Source: Dehalococcoidia bacterium
GTDB lineage: Bacteria > Chloroflexota > Dehalococcoidia > Lucifugimonadales > UBA3495
Length of the DNA: 64,000 nucleotides
Direction: 5' to 3'
Assembly (NCBI GenBank): GCA_964291545.2
Contig: OZ219860.1
Coordinates: forward strand, 829,276-893,275
The translations under genes were made by a program, and so were the position numbers. The notes under the pieces are model-generated. The model ran no database searches, was not told the origin of the DNA, and worked only from the letters and a program-made list of their open reading frames with translations. Position 1 is the stretch's first letter; each line of letters opens with the position of its first letter. Of this stretch, positions 17,386-26,595 are shown one piece after another.

Positions 17386-17453
17386 ATATCAGGTTGCCGT
17401 CCTAAGAAAGTCACATACCAGTGTAGCATGGGTGGGGATGGGCGTTGGCGGGG

Positions 17454-17650
17454 ACTCCTTGCGGGTTCCCCCCGTTCATACTTCGAGAGCCTCAGCACGA
17501 ACGGGGGGAACTCCTGGATTACCGACTTCGAGAGCCTCAGCACGAACGGGGGGGGGGACTCCTGGATTGCCGACTTCGAGAGCCTTAGCGCGAACGGGGG
17601 GACTCCTGGATTGCCGACTTCGAGAGCCTCAGCGCGAACGGGGGGACTGC
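17454..17650 (+). repeat. Tandem array (about 4 units of 44-56 bp) of a family A-derived element
   Basis: Units start at 17454, 17510, 17558 and 17602. The consensus is ACTCCTGGATTRCCGACTTCGAGAGCCTCAGCRCGAACGGGGGG, with a variable-length G-run. Confidence 0.9.
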
Positions 17651-17746
17651 GTGATGGGCCGGGGCCCCTAGACGAGTGGGGGAACCGGCGGGCGGTGGGT
17701 TGGGCGGGGCGCGAGACTCCCGCCCGCACTACTGCACTGTCATTCC

Positions 17747-18793
17747 TGTATGTGTTAGCTAATTCATTGACAGATTTTGCAAGGTTTGCAGTGGAGTATT
17801 GCCACCCAGGCCCTGGTGGGGTCTCTCGGTGTTGTAGTAGAGGAGGTACTGCATCAGTTCATCCCTCAGCTCGTCCAAGGACTCGAAGGTGGTCCCTTCC
17901 AAGAGGTCCTCATTGAGGGTTCTCCAGAAGCGCTCGACCTTGCCATTGGTCTGGGGTCTGTAGGGCCTGGTGTAGCGGTGCTTGATCCCCAGTTCCATTA
18001 GCATCCTCTCGAAGGGATGCTGGTCCTTACTCTTGTGGGTGGCCACCTCAGGCCCATTGTCGGTGAGTATGGCCTCAAAGCGCACCCCGTACTCGGCATT
18101 CAGCAAGTTGATGCTCTTTAGGGCGGCGAACATCACGCTCAGGCTCTTTATGTCCTCCACCACCTCCGCCCAGGCCAGGCGGGTGCAGGAGTCCAGCAGA
18201 GACACCAGGTAGTAGCGCTGTCTGGCGCCCAGGATCAGGTCCTTGCTCAGATGGTGGCAGTCCAGATGCCCCAACTCTCCTGCCCTGGCCTTGATGATCC
18301 TTCTTTTGGACTGTTCCATGGGTTTGGTCAACTTGTTCAGGTTATGACGCCGGCTGATAGCGTAGATGGTGGATGGCGCAGGAGTGCGGGACTTCAGTAC
18401 CGGCTGGAGTATCGCATATATCTCATACCGATTTATACCTTTACGCCTTAGCTCCAGCACCTTCTCCTCTATGAAAGGCAGCGTGCGGCGGCTCTTCCAC
18501 CTGGGGCCGCGCTTGAGAGGCAGTAGAGCTAGGTCACTACCATCTTGCTTGTAGCGGTTGTAATACTTGGCAAAGGTCTGTCGGTTGGTGCCGTGGAAGT
18601 TGTAGAAGTCCTGGACGAAGCGGAACCTGGGGTGTTCCTTCGCCTTGACTTGTTGGTACTCCCGGATGAGAAACCGCCACTTCTGGACATAGTTTCGTTC
18701 CACTGTACGGTCATTGCTGTTGTTACGCATCCTCGCCTCCAGAATAGCTATTTGTCCCATGCTATTCTGTCAACGAATTATCTGACATCTACA
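17747..18793 (-). mobile_element. Intact IS481-family insertion sequence (1047 bp)
   Basis: 27-bp imperfect terminal inverted repeats match at 22/27 ungapped positions: TGTATGTGTTAGCTAATTCATTGACAG at 17747-17773, and the reverse complement of 18767-18793, TGTAGATGTCAGATAATTCGTTGACAG. Direct repeats ATTCC flank it at 17742-17746 and 18794-18798. It carries a single DDE transposase ORF. Confidence 0.85.
17759..18760 (-). CDS. IS481 family transposase (DDE, rve integrase core)
   Basis: 333 aa with an N-terminal HTH. Core motifs are GHLDCHHL, TDNGPE and RPYRPQTNGKVERFWRTL. The stop codon lies inside the left inverted repeat. Confidence 0.88.
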   Translation of the reverse strand: MGQIAILEARMRNNSNDRTVERNYVQKWRFLIREYQQVKAKEHPRFRFVQDFYNFHGTNRQTFAKYYNRYKQDGSDLALLPLKRGPRWKSRRTLPFIEEKVLELRRKGINRYEIYAILQPVLKSRTPAPSTIYAISRRHNLNKLTKPMEQSKRRIIKARAGELGHLDCHHLSKDLILGARQRYYLVSLLDSCTRLAWAEVVEDIKSLSVMFAALKSINLLNAEYGVRFEAILTDNGPEVATHKSKDQHPFERMLMELGIKHRYTRPYRPQTNGKVERFWRTLNEDLLEGTTFESLDELRDELMQYLLYYNTERPHQGLGGNTPLQTLQNLSMN

Positions 18794-19180
18794 ATTCCGA
18801 GCGCAGCGGAGCGGAGAGAGGAATCTAGAATTCCGCGGTGGCTGCAGGTTAGGAGTCTTAGATTCCTCGTCGCAAGCTCCTCGGAATGACACGTTGGGGG
18901 CTGGCGGGGACTGGGGAAGCCCATCCACTTCTGAAGGGGACGGGATTTGGCGGGGGCGGGGGCCAGCCCGTCCGTTCGTCCTGAGGGAAATCGAAGGGGG
19001 AACGGACGGGCGGTGGTGTGGGCCTCCTTGCCCGTTCCCCCCGTTCATACTTCGAGAGCCTCAGCACGAACGGGGGGAACTCTGTGGCGAGTGCGGGGAA
19101 CTCCGGGACAACAGGGGGCGGGGCACGGGTGTAGCCCGGCCCGTTCGTCCTGAGGGAAATCGAAGGGGGAACGGGCGGGC
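18794..19180. repeat. Cluster of family B and family A hairpin repeats
   Basis: The rest of the B element split by the IS is at 18794-18828 and an inverted B at 18860-18892. Family A copies are at 18966-19011 (inverted), 19037-19077 and 19134-19180 (inverted). Confidence 0.85.
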
Positions 19181-19207
19181 GGTGGGTTGGGGGGCGAGGG
19201 GTTTCAG

Positions 19208-19642
19208 CTACGACGGTTCGGCGAGGAAGACCGGGATCCGGCGGGTCGTGCGGGCTTGGTAATCCTCGTAGGGCGGATAGGCGGCGACGGCCAACCCCCA
19301 GAGCCGCGCTCGTTCCCCGGAGTCTTCGACTTCGCGGGCCCGCATTGCGTACACCTCCGTCCCGTCCCGAATCTCCACGCTGGTGTCGGCCCGAAGGTTG
19401 TAGACCCACGCCGGATTCTTCGGGGCGCCTCCCTGTGACCCGATCAGCACGTAGTTGTTCCCGTCCTTAACCTGCATCAGCGGCGTCTTGCGGATTGCGC
19501 CCGTCCGGTTCCCGTGGTTGGTCACGATGATTACGGGCATGCCGGTGTCCAGCAGCGTCGTTCCTGCGGTCCCTCCGCTGCCCTCGTAGAGCTCCACCTG
19601 ATCGCGCACCCAGGCGGAGGTTGACGGTATGTATTCGGCCAT
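19208..19642 (-). CDS. Deazaflavin (F420H2)-dependent nitroreductase family protein (DDN-like)
   Basis: 144 aa with the split-barrel DDN pattern: VIIVTNHGNRTGAIRKTPLM...GSQGGAPKNPAWVYNLRA...ERARLW. AGGAG RBS. Confidence 0.7.
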   Translation of the reverse strand: MAEYIPSTSAWVRDQVELYEGSGGTAGTTLLDTGMPVIIVTNHGNRTGAIRKTPLMQVKDGNNYVLIGSQGGAPKNPAWVYNLRADTSVEIRDGTEVYAMRAREVEDSGERARLWGLAVAAYPPYEDYQARTTRRIPVFLAEPS

Positions 19643-19807
19643 TGTTCGCTCCTATTTCAGGTCGCAGCCTGTTAGTCCTCACATGATATGTCGAAGCGCC
19701 ACCGTGTCAATCGCAAAGCAAGCCGGGCGGCGGCTACGGACGGCCGAATGACGGGACATTAATGGTAGGCGCGCCAGTATGCCGCCTCAGCAAATGTTCG
19801 GCGGCCG

Positions 19808-21523
19808 TTATTCGCCTGAACGGCCATCAATCCCTGTCAGCCCGCACAGGTAGAGGGTCTTGCCGCCGCCCAGGAGCCGCAGGCCGTCGAGGGCGTAGCC
19901 GAGGATTGCAGACGGGTCTGAAGGGATGGGGGGCTGGTCGGAGCCCCGGTCGGCCGGCACCTCCCGCACCCGAGCACGGGGGTGCAGGCCGGCCAACTCC
20001 CGGGCCTTGGCCAAGCCGGTCTCCAAACCGCCGAGTTGGTCGACAAGTCCGTGCTCCAGGGCCTGGCCTCCGGTCCACACGCGGCCGCCTCCGACGGCGT
20101 CGGCATCGTCTCGGGACAGGGAACGGGATACAGACACCCGGTCCAGGAACACGTCGTAGGTCCGCTGTATGGCGGTTAACATAACCTGGCGTTCGTCATC
20201 GTCGAATGGCCTCTCAGAGGCTTCGAGGTCGGCGTGCAGTCCCCTGCTAATGGCCTCGCGGCCCAGCAGAAGCTTGTCCAACAGGCCGGAGAGCACCATC
20301 TTGCCCGCCAGCACGCCGATGGAGCCGGTAACGGAGCCGGGGCGGGCGACTATCCACCGGGCGGGAGTGGAGACGTAGTAGCCGCCTGAGGCCGCCACCG
20401 GACCCATTACTGCTACCAGGGGTTTCTTGGCCGCCAATTTCTGCAGGGCGGAGGCCATGGCCTCGGACGCAGACGCCGAGCCGCCGGGGGAGTCCACGTA
20501 GAGCACCACGGCGGCGGCCCTGTTATCGGACAGCGCCCGGCGGGCCTGCTGGACCACCGACAGGTCTCCGGCGCGCTTGTTGAACAGGATAGGCGCGGGC
20601 AAGGGAGACTTGAAGGGCGGCTGCCTGTTGCGGCCATCGACTATGGCCCCTTCGATGCGAATGAGGGCGACGTAGCGGCCAGCGGGCACAGGCGGAGGGC
20701 GGAGCAGCCTGGGCTTGGCGGCGTCCCAATTTGCCAGCCGGGCCGGCTTGTCATCATCTCCGAGTTTGGCGCCCAGGTATTCGGGCAGGTCCTCCTCGCT
20801 AATCAACCGGTCGACGACGCCCTCTTCGACGGCGCGCAGATCGGTGTAGGGGGCGCCGTCCACCAGGGCCTTGGCGGTGGGCTGGTCTATGCCGCGGCCT
20901 GAAGCGATCGCGCCGACAAATTCATCGAAGTGGGCGTCGGCCAGCCAGTTGCTCATCTCCCGGGCCTCGTCGGACATGCTGGAGCGCATCAACGGGTCGG
21001 CGGCGGTCTTGTAGGGGCTTATCTGTATGAAGTCGGCCTTCACTCCCGCCCGCTGCAGGGCGTCGCCCAGGAAAACGGCGGAGCCGTGCAGGCCCACTGG
21101 CCCGGCCTCGCCTCCGGTCTGCAGCAAGATTTCGTCAGCCGATGAGGCGACGTAGTAGGCGGTGTTGTCGTAGCCGGTGGCCCAGGTTACGACCCGCTTG
21201 CCGGCGCCGCGCAGGTTGGCGATGAACTCCCGCAGGGTCTGCGCCTGGGCCGGGGCCAAGTCCAGCTTGGCCAGATGCAGCACCACGCCCTTGACGCGGG
21301 GGTCTTGCTGCAAGGCTTTGAATTGCTCGCCCAACTCCTGAAGGCTAAGCTGGGATCCCGGGAACAACCGCCGGCGAAAGAACCCGGACCGGGGCGGTTT
21401 CAATTCGGGGCATTCCCCTTCCAGGACGAACACCACGTAGTCTGGAGGCCTTTTGAGACGCTGGCGGAGGTTGCCGAGAAACCACAGCAGGTAGCGGAGC
21501 GCGAAGACGGGGAGCTTTAGCAT
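19808..21523 (-). CDS. sppA: Signal peptide peptidase SppA, 67K (two-domain) type
   Basis: 571 aa with two ClpP/crotonase-like S49 domains (VVLHLAKLD...; AAVVLYVDSPGGSASASE...). Confidence 0.85.
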   Translation of the reverse strand: MLKLPVFALRYLLWFLGNLRQRLKRPPDYVVFVLEGECPELKPPRSGFFRRRLFPGSQLSLQELGEQFKALQQDPRVKGVVLHLAKLDLAPAQAQTLREFIANLRGAGKRVVTWATGYDNTAYYVASSADEILLQTGGEAGPVGLHGSAVFLGDALQRAGVKADFIQISPYKTAADPLMRSSMSDEAREMSNWLADAHFDEFVGAIASGRGIDQPTAKALVDGAPYTDLRAVEEGVVDRLISEEDLPEYLGAKLGDDDKPARLANWDAAKPRLLRPPPVPAGRYVALIRIEGAIVDGRNRQPPFKSPLPAPILFNKRAGDLSVVQQARRALSDNRAAAVVLYVDSPGGSASASEAMASALQKLAAKKPLVAVMGPVAASGGYYVSTPARWIVARPGSVTGSIGVLAGKMVLSGLLDKLLLGREAISRGLHADLEASERPFDDDERQVMLTAIQRTYDVFLDRVSVSRSLSRDDADAVGGGRVWTGGQALEHGLVDQLGGLETGLAKARELAGLHPRARVREVPADRGSDQPPIPSDPSAILGYALDGLRLLGGGKTLYLCGLTGIDGRSGE

Positions 21524-21661
21524 GGCGTCCCTTCAGCGGGGCCGCGCTTGGGGCCGCCGGGCTGGTCGAAGTTGGGGGCCGCGCTATTGCGCGGGATTAG
21601 TGCAGTATTGCCCATGTTCCGACTAAAAACCTATGAACTTTGCTAAGCGCCAGGGCTTTGG

Positions 21662-21682
21662 ATTCCGGCTAAAGGCCGGAAT
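21662..21682. repeat. Family C hairpin
   Basis: ATTCCGGC-taaag-GCCGGAAT. Confidence 0.8.
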
Positions 21683-21928
21683 GACCGGTTCCGGGCGGCT
21701 GTTGAGGCTTGCCATGTTGGGGAGTTCCAGGTCACAGACCGAGACCGAGGTGACAGTTAGCAAGGGACTTCTTCGCACGTCCGCCGGTCCATCCTTCGAG
21801 ACCTGGGATGAAGTGGCCTGTGACGTCCGTGTTTAAGAATAAAGGCGAAAGGGGGGCTTAGCGACAACCGGAATCGGCGTCAGCAGGCGCCAACACTACC
21901 CGGTCCAGCGCGCCGGATATGCGGGACC

Positions 21929-22939
21929 CTAGGCTTTGGCCGCTATGGCGCCGCCTACCGTCTCCATAATCAGGCGGGTGACCACGTAGGGGTCCATGTT
22001 GGCGTTGGGGCGCCTGTCTTCTATGTACCCCTGCTGCTCCCTTTCCACCTGCCAGGGTATCCTGATGGACGCCCCCCGATCGGAGACGCCATACCGGAAT
22101 TCCTTGTAAGAGCACGTCTCGTGCAACCCGGTCAAACGCTCTTCAATGGCGAACCCGTAGTTGGCGATATGCAGATCGTGCCTCGTTCCCAGCGCCTCAG
22201 CCGCGTCTATACAGGCCTGGTAGTTGGACCTCATAGTCTTGGTGGAGAAGTTAGTGTGGGCCCCCGCTCCGTTCCAGTCGCCCCGGGCGGGCTTGGGGTA
22301 CAGGGTCGCGTTCACGCCGTAGGCCTCCCCCACCCGGTACAGCAGCCATCTAGCGACCCATAGCTGGTCGGAAACAGCCAAGGCCGGGGTGGGGCCTATC
22401 TGGAACTCCCACTGTCCCGGCATCACTTCGGCGTTGATGCCGCTGATGTCCAGGCCGGCCTGCAGACACCTTTCCAGGTGGTCTTCCACCACCTCCCGAC
22501 CGAAGACCTCGTCGGCTCCAACGCCGCAATAGTAGCCGCCCTGGGGAGCGGGGAAACCGTAGTCGGGAAACCCCAACGGTCTCGCCCCCTTGAAGAAGGT
22601 GTGCTCCTGCTCGATGCCGAAGATAAACTCCTGGTCCGCATACTTCCCAGCGGCTTCCTCGCACGCGGCCCGGGTGTTCGACCGGTGGGGAGTGAGGTCT
22701 GTGTTCAGGACCTCGGTCATCACCAGGCGATTGTCTCCTCCCCTCATCGGGTCTGGACAATTGAACACCGGCCTCAGGACACAGTCCGACGCCGCTCCCA
22801 GGGCCTGGTTGGTACTGGAACCGTCGAAACCCCATATCGGCGGATCCTCACCTAAGCTCACAATCTTGGTCTTCGACCGAAGCTTGGGAGTGGGAACACT
22901 ACCGTCTATCCAGATGTACTCAGCTCTGTACGTACTCAC
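21929..22939 (-). CDS. glnII: Glutamine synthetase type II (eukaryote-like GSII)
   Basis: The motifs STYRAEYIWIDG..PKLRSKTKI, WGFDGSSTNQA, GINAEVMPGQWEFQIGP and NGAGAHTNFS are GSII hallmarks. I prefer the GTG at 22939 because GGAGG lies 4 nt upstream. The track start at 23038 adds 33 non-conserved aa. Confidence 0.85.
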   Translation of the reverse strand: MSTYRAEYIWIDGSVPTPKLRSKTKIVSLGEDPPIWGFDGSSTNQALGAASDCVLRPVFNCPDPMRGGDNRLVMTEVLNTDLTPHRSNTRAACEEAAGKYADQEFIFGIEQEHTFFKGARPLGFPDYGFPAPQGGYYCGVGADEVFGREVVEDHLERCLQAGLDISGINAEVMPGQWEFQIGPTPALAVSDQLWVARWLLYRVGEAYGVNATLYPKPARGDWNGAGAHTNFSTKTMRSNYQACIDAAEALGTRHDLHIANYGFAIEERLTGLHETCSYKEFRYGVSDRGASIRIPWQVEREQQGYIEDRRPNANMDPYVVTRLIMETVGGAIAAKA

Positions 22940-23056
22940 GCTGCCTCCGAAGAACACATAGTTTTCGGTGCCTAGCCTATGCCCGCCCGCATTGGCCCGG
23001 ACGGAATATAGAATAGCGTATTTCCGGACTCCGGGCAATAATTGGGAAGAGGCACG

Positions 23057-25660
23057 TTAGCGGCCGAGCCAAGCGGCGAGTTCGTCCTGGTTACGTTCCA
23101 GCCACTTGATGCTGAGCCGGATTTTCTCCACGGACTGGCGAATGGTCCGGTCAGCGGCCGGCGCGGGGTTTTTGGTGAAGAAGGACTCCACGTCGTCCAG
23201 GCTTTCCTGAGTAGTGAAGCTGCCGCACATGGCCACCAACCGCATCAGGCCGAAACCGCCGGTCCCGTAACGCCGGTCGAACTCGGGCCAGTTGGACTTG
23301 AGAAAGTCCCAGGCCAACCGGCGCCCGTGGGGATTGGCGGCTACGCTGGACACGACGCTGATGGTGTCCTGGAGGCGCACGTCCGAGGTGAGGGACCGTT
23401 CCAGGGTTTCGGTCAATAAGCCTTGATCTTCGAAACGCGCCAGCGCCATGAGCAGCCGCATCTTCTCCTCTTGAAGCTCGGTCTCTTTCTCCAGTTCCCA
23501 AAGTTGGTCGTATACGGCCCGATCGCCCGCCTGGGCGGCCAGGCTGAACACTACGCCCCGCAGGTCGGGGCGCACTGCGTTCCGGTCCTTGAGGTGCTGG
23601 TCAAAGAGACGCTTGGCCTGGTTAAGGATGTCCTGGTCGCCGTAACTGCCCGCCTGACTCAGCACTATGCTGCGCAACAGGGCGTCCAGGTGCCCCTCGC
23701 CGCTGTTGGGCTCCCAGCCGACCCTTTCGGCAGCTGGTTTGAACACTGAGCAGGCGAATGCTTGGAAGAGTTGGAAGACGGGCCCGCCGGTGAGCAGTAT
23801 TTCCAGGTCGCGCAGGTTGCTGGAGAGGTCGCCCCACACCGACGCGTCGGTCTCGTTGACGTAGGCCTGGGCCAGGGAGAGGAACCGGGTAATGGGCAGG
23901 TGGCCGCTCTTGGACAGGGAGTAGGCGTCGTTTTGAATTCCCAACCGGTCGGCGGCCGAGAGTTCCTGGGACTTGATGGCGGGAATCAGCCGGTCCCAGT
24001 CCTGGGGTTCGTAGTTGACCCGGAAGAACCCGGTCTGCTGGGGATTGATCTTGAACCACTGGCCGTCGCCGGGTCTTGCCGGAGCTTCCAGGGTCAAGCT
24101 GGCCTCCCGGCCGTCCAACACCATCGTCGCCGGTTCATCGCCTCCCTGGGAGACGCGTATGGGCACTTGCCATACCTCCGGCTCCGGGCCGCGGTTTTCC
24201 AGCAGCCGGTCGTAGACGAACCGCTCCTGGGAGACGGTCAACCGGCGGTCTCCGGGAGTTCCGGAGACCTCCACCTGCAGCACCGGGTATCCCATTTGCT
24301 TGGTCCAGGTGTCCATGATGGAGGTGACCGGTTGCCCGGAAGCAGACTCGAGGGCGGACCACAGGTCCTGGGTGCGGGCGTTGCCGTACTGGTTGGCGGC
24401 GATGTATTGCCGGAGGCCGCTGCGGAAGGTGTCGGCCCCCAGGAACTGCTCCAGCATCCTGATGATGGAGGCTCCTTTGGAGTAACTGATGGCGTCGAAT
24501 AGCTGGCTGACCTCCGCAGGGTTCTCTACCTCCTGCTCGATGGGGTGGGAGTTCTTGAGGCCGTCCAGGGAGAGGGCGCGGGTGGTGTCCATGTTGACGA
24601 ACTGGGTCCACATCTCCCACTCGGGGAAAAGCCAGTCCACGGCCTTGGTGCCCATCCAAGAGGCGAAGCTCTCGTTGAGCCAGAGGTCGTCCCACCATTG
24701 CATGGTGACCAGGTCGCCGAACCACATGTGGGCCATCTCGTGGGCCACCACCTCGGCAACCCGCTGCCGGGTGCCCGCCGAGGAATTGGCCTCGTCCACC
24801 AGCAGGGCGACCTCACGGTAGGTGATGGCCCCCCAGTTTTCCATGGCGCCCGCGGCAAAGTCCGGCAGGGCTATGTGGTCCAGCTTCTCCAGGGGGTATG
24901 GAATGCCGAAATAGTCGTTGAAAAAGGTCAAGAGGCTCACCGAGGTGTCCAGGGCGAAGCGTCCCTGCTCTTCCTTGCCGGGGGTGGTCCAGACGGATAC
25001 CTGCGTCGGTCCTCCAGGCCCCTGGTACCGGCCATGGATTGCAGTGAGGTCGCCGACAATGAAAGCCAGGAGGTAGGTTGACATAACGGGAGTTTCGGCA
25101 AAGCGGAGTTCGGTGACGCCCGGCCGCGGTTGGGACTCCTGCTCCACCGGGGTGTTGGATATGGCTTGCAGGCCGGCGGGTATGGTCAGGGTGACCTGGA
25201 ACGTCGCTTTGCACTCCGGCTCGTCCCAGCAGGGAAAAGCTCGGCGGGCGTCGGTGGCCTCGAACTGGGTGGCGGCCATGTACCTGGTCTCCCCATCGGG
25301 GCCCGCGTACTGGCTGCGGTAGAAGCCGTGGAGCTTGTCGTTGAGAGTTCCGGTGAAGGCTAAGTCGAGGTCGTAGCGGCCCGGAGCGACGGTCTCTCCG
25401 AAGTCCAGGGTGACGGTCTCCCGGGCGGCGTCCAGGCGTATGCCGTGGGCTTTCAGGGATGCGCCGTTCCCGCGCAAGGCGGCTGAGTGCACCTCGAGCT
25501 CGATGGCGTTGAGGACGATCTCTGAGACCGGTTCGGCCACGTCGATGGTGACGGTTTCCTCCCCGTCGAAGGTAAAGCGTTCCAGGTCCGGCTCCAGCCT
25601 GATGGCGTACTTGGCCGGGCGGACCGCTGCCGGCAGAACGAATTCGCTGGTGGTAGTCAT
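23057..25660 (-). CDS. pepN: M1 family aminopeptidase N
   Basis: GAMENWG exopeptidase motif and the HEMAHMWFGDLVTMQWWDDLWLNESFA zinc motif. 867 aa with a C-terminal ERAP1-like domain. Confidence 0.92.
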   Translation of the reverse strand: MTTTSEFVLPAAVRPAKYAIRLEPDLERFTFDGEETVTIDVAEPVSEIVLNAIELEVHSAALRGNGASLKAHGIRLDAARETVTLDFGETVAPGRYDLDLAFTGTLNDKLHGFYRSQYAGPDGETRYMAATQFEATDARRAFPCWDEPECKATFQVTLTIPAGLQAISNTPVEQESQPRPGVTELRFAETPVMSTYLLAFIVGDLTAIHGRYQGPGGPTQVSVWTTPGKEEQGRFALDTSVSLLTFFNDYFGIPYPLEKLDHIALPDFAAGAMENWGAITYREVALLVDEANSSAGTRQRVAEVVAHEMAHMWFGDLVTMQWWDDLWLNESFASWMGTKAVDWLFPEWEMWTQFVNMDTTRALSLDGLKNSHPIEQEVENPAEVSQLFDAISYSKGASIIRMLEQFLGADTFRSGLRQYIAANQYGNARTQDLWSALESASGQPVTSIMDTWTKQMGYPVLQVEVSGTPGDRRLTVSQERFVYDRLLENRGPEPEVWQVPIRVSQGGDEPATMVLDGREASLTLEAPARPGDGQWFKINPQQTGFFRVNYEPQDWDRLIPAIKSQELSAADRLGIQNDAYSLSKSGHLPITRFLSLAQAYVNETDASVWGDLSSNLRDLEILLTGGPVFQLFQAFACSVFKPAAERVGWEPNSGEGHLDALLRSIVLSQAGSYGDQDILNQAKRLFDQHLKDRNAVRPDLRGVVFSLAAQAGDRAVYDQLWELEKETELQEEKMRLLMALARFEDQGLLTETLERSLTSDVRLQDTISVVSSVAANPHGRRLAWDFLKSNWPEFDRRYGTGGFGLMRLVAMCGSFTTQESLDDVESFFTKNPAPAADRTIRQSVEKIRLSIKWLERNQDELAAWLGR

Positions 25661-25983
25661 GTTTGGCTCCTTGCAGTTATGCCACAGGCAATTTTATGCC
25701 TGAGGTTTCGGTATTCCGGCCCTGGTCGGGTCCGGGCATTGCGCGACAAGAATTTTGCGTTGGTAGTTTATCACTGGAGAGGGCGGCTGGTCTTGGTGGG
25801 GGGGTACCCTTTGCGCTGCTCCCCTGCTAAGCCACGATGTCCAAGTTCGCACGGGCACGGACTAGCTGGAAAATAGATGGCTGGATCTCTAATCCAGTTC
25901 AAACCGGCGAAGGCTCGACGAGATGTCGTTTGAAACAACCCCTGAGGTGCGAATCGGCCGATATGTGCTAATATTTACACGTA

Positions 25984-26172
25984 ATGGAAACAAACCGGAG
26001 GCGGGTGCAGAGGCGACTTGAGCGAGAAGTCTGGTACTTGGACCGGGCCGGCTCTAGCCACGACATATACAAGCACACGCGAATAAAGGGCATCATAACC
26101 CTGCCACGCCACCGTGTACTATCAATGGGAATGGCCCGCACCATCGCGAAGAAAGCAGGATGGGAAAGGTAG
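25984..26172 (+). CDS. hicA: Type II toxin HicA (mRNA interferase)
   Basis: 62 aa following the pattern W.L.R..GSH..YKH......ITLP.H..L..G....I.K.AG. Confidence 0.75.
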   Translation: METNRRRVQRRLEREVWYLDRAGSSHDIYKHTRIKGIITLPRHRVLSMGMARTIAKKAGWER

Positions 26173-26181
26173 GAGGACTCT

Positions 26182-26568
26182 ATGATTCGATATCCGGCTC
26201 TGATCGACGGCGATGAGGGCGCCTACGGGGTAGTCTTTCCAGACATTCCCGGCGTTGGCGCTATGGGCGACACAGTAGACGAGGCCCTCGTAAACGCTGA
26301 GGCTGCGCTTCAAGACTATGCGGTCGAGACTGAACGGGACGGCGAGGAATTAGCGATTCCGAGCCCGTTCCAGTCCATCGAAACACCGAAGGGAAATCAG
26401 TTGGTATCCGTGCCGTTAATTCGGCCTTCAGGCAAGAGTGTCCGCGCTGGCTTGACCCTGGACGAGGACGTTGCGGAGTTCATCCTCAGCGAGGCCCGCC
26501 GACGGGGCATGACCCGCAAATCCTTCATCACCTGGATGGTCCGGCGCATCGCTGCGATGGGGGGCTAG
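26182..26568 (+). CDS. hicB: Type II antitoxin HicB with a C-terminal RHH-like DNA-binding tail
   Basis: The HicB N-domain is YPALIDGDEGAYGVVFPDIPGVGAMGDTVDEAL.NA.EAL. It starts 9 nt after hicA with an AGGAGG RBS. Confidence 0.75.
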   Translation: MIRYPALIDGDEGAYGVVFPDIPGVGAMGDTVDEALVNAEAALQDYAVETERDGEELAIPSPFQSIETPKGNQLVSVPLIRPSGKSVRAGLTLDEDVAEFILSEARRRGMTRKSFITWMVRRIAAMGG

Positions 26569-26595
26569 CACGCGAGCAATCGTTCCTGTCCGGGC

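Noticed and set aside
17386-17453. Cobalamin or SAM riboswitch upstream of metH
   Set aside because: I saw no B12-box (GCCACTG-like) or SAM-I core. The spacer is short and continues directly into repeat arrays.
25860-25925. tRNA-like fragment (CTGGA-TCTCTAA-TCCAG followed by TTCAAACC) upstream of hicAB, which could have marked an integration site
   Set aside because: There is no acceptor or D-arm, no proper T-arm pairing, and position 33 of the putative anticodon loop is C. It is most likely a chance hairpin.
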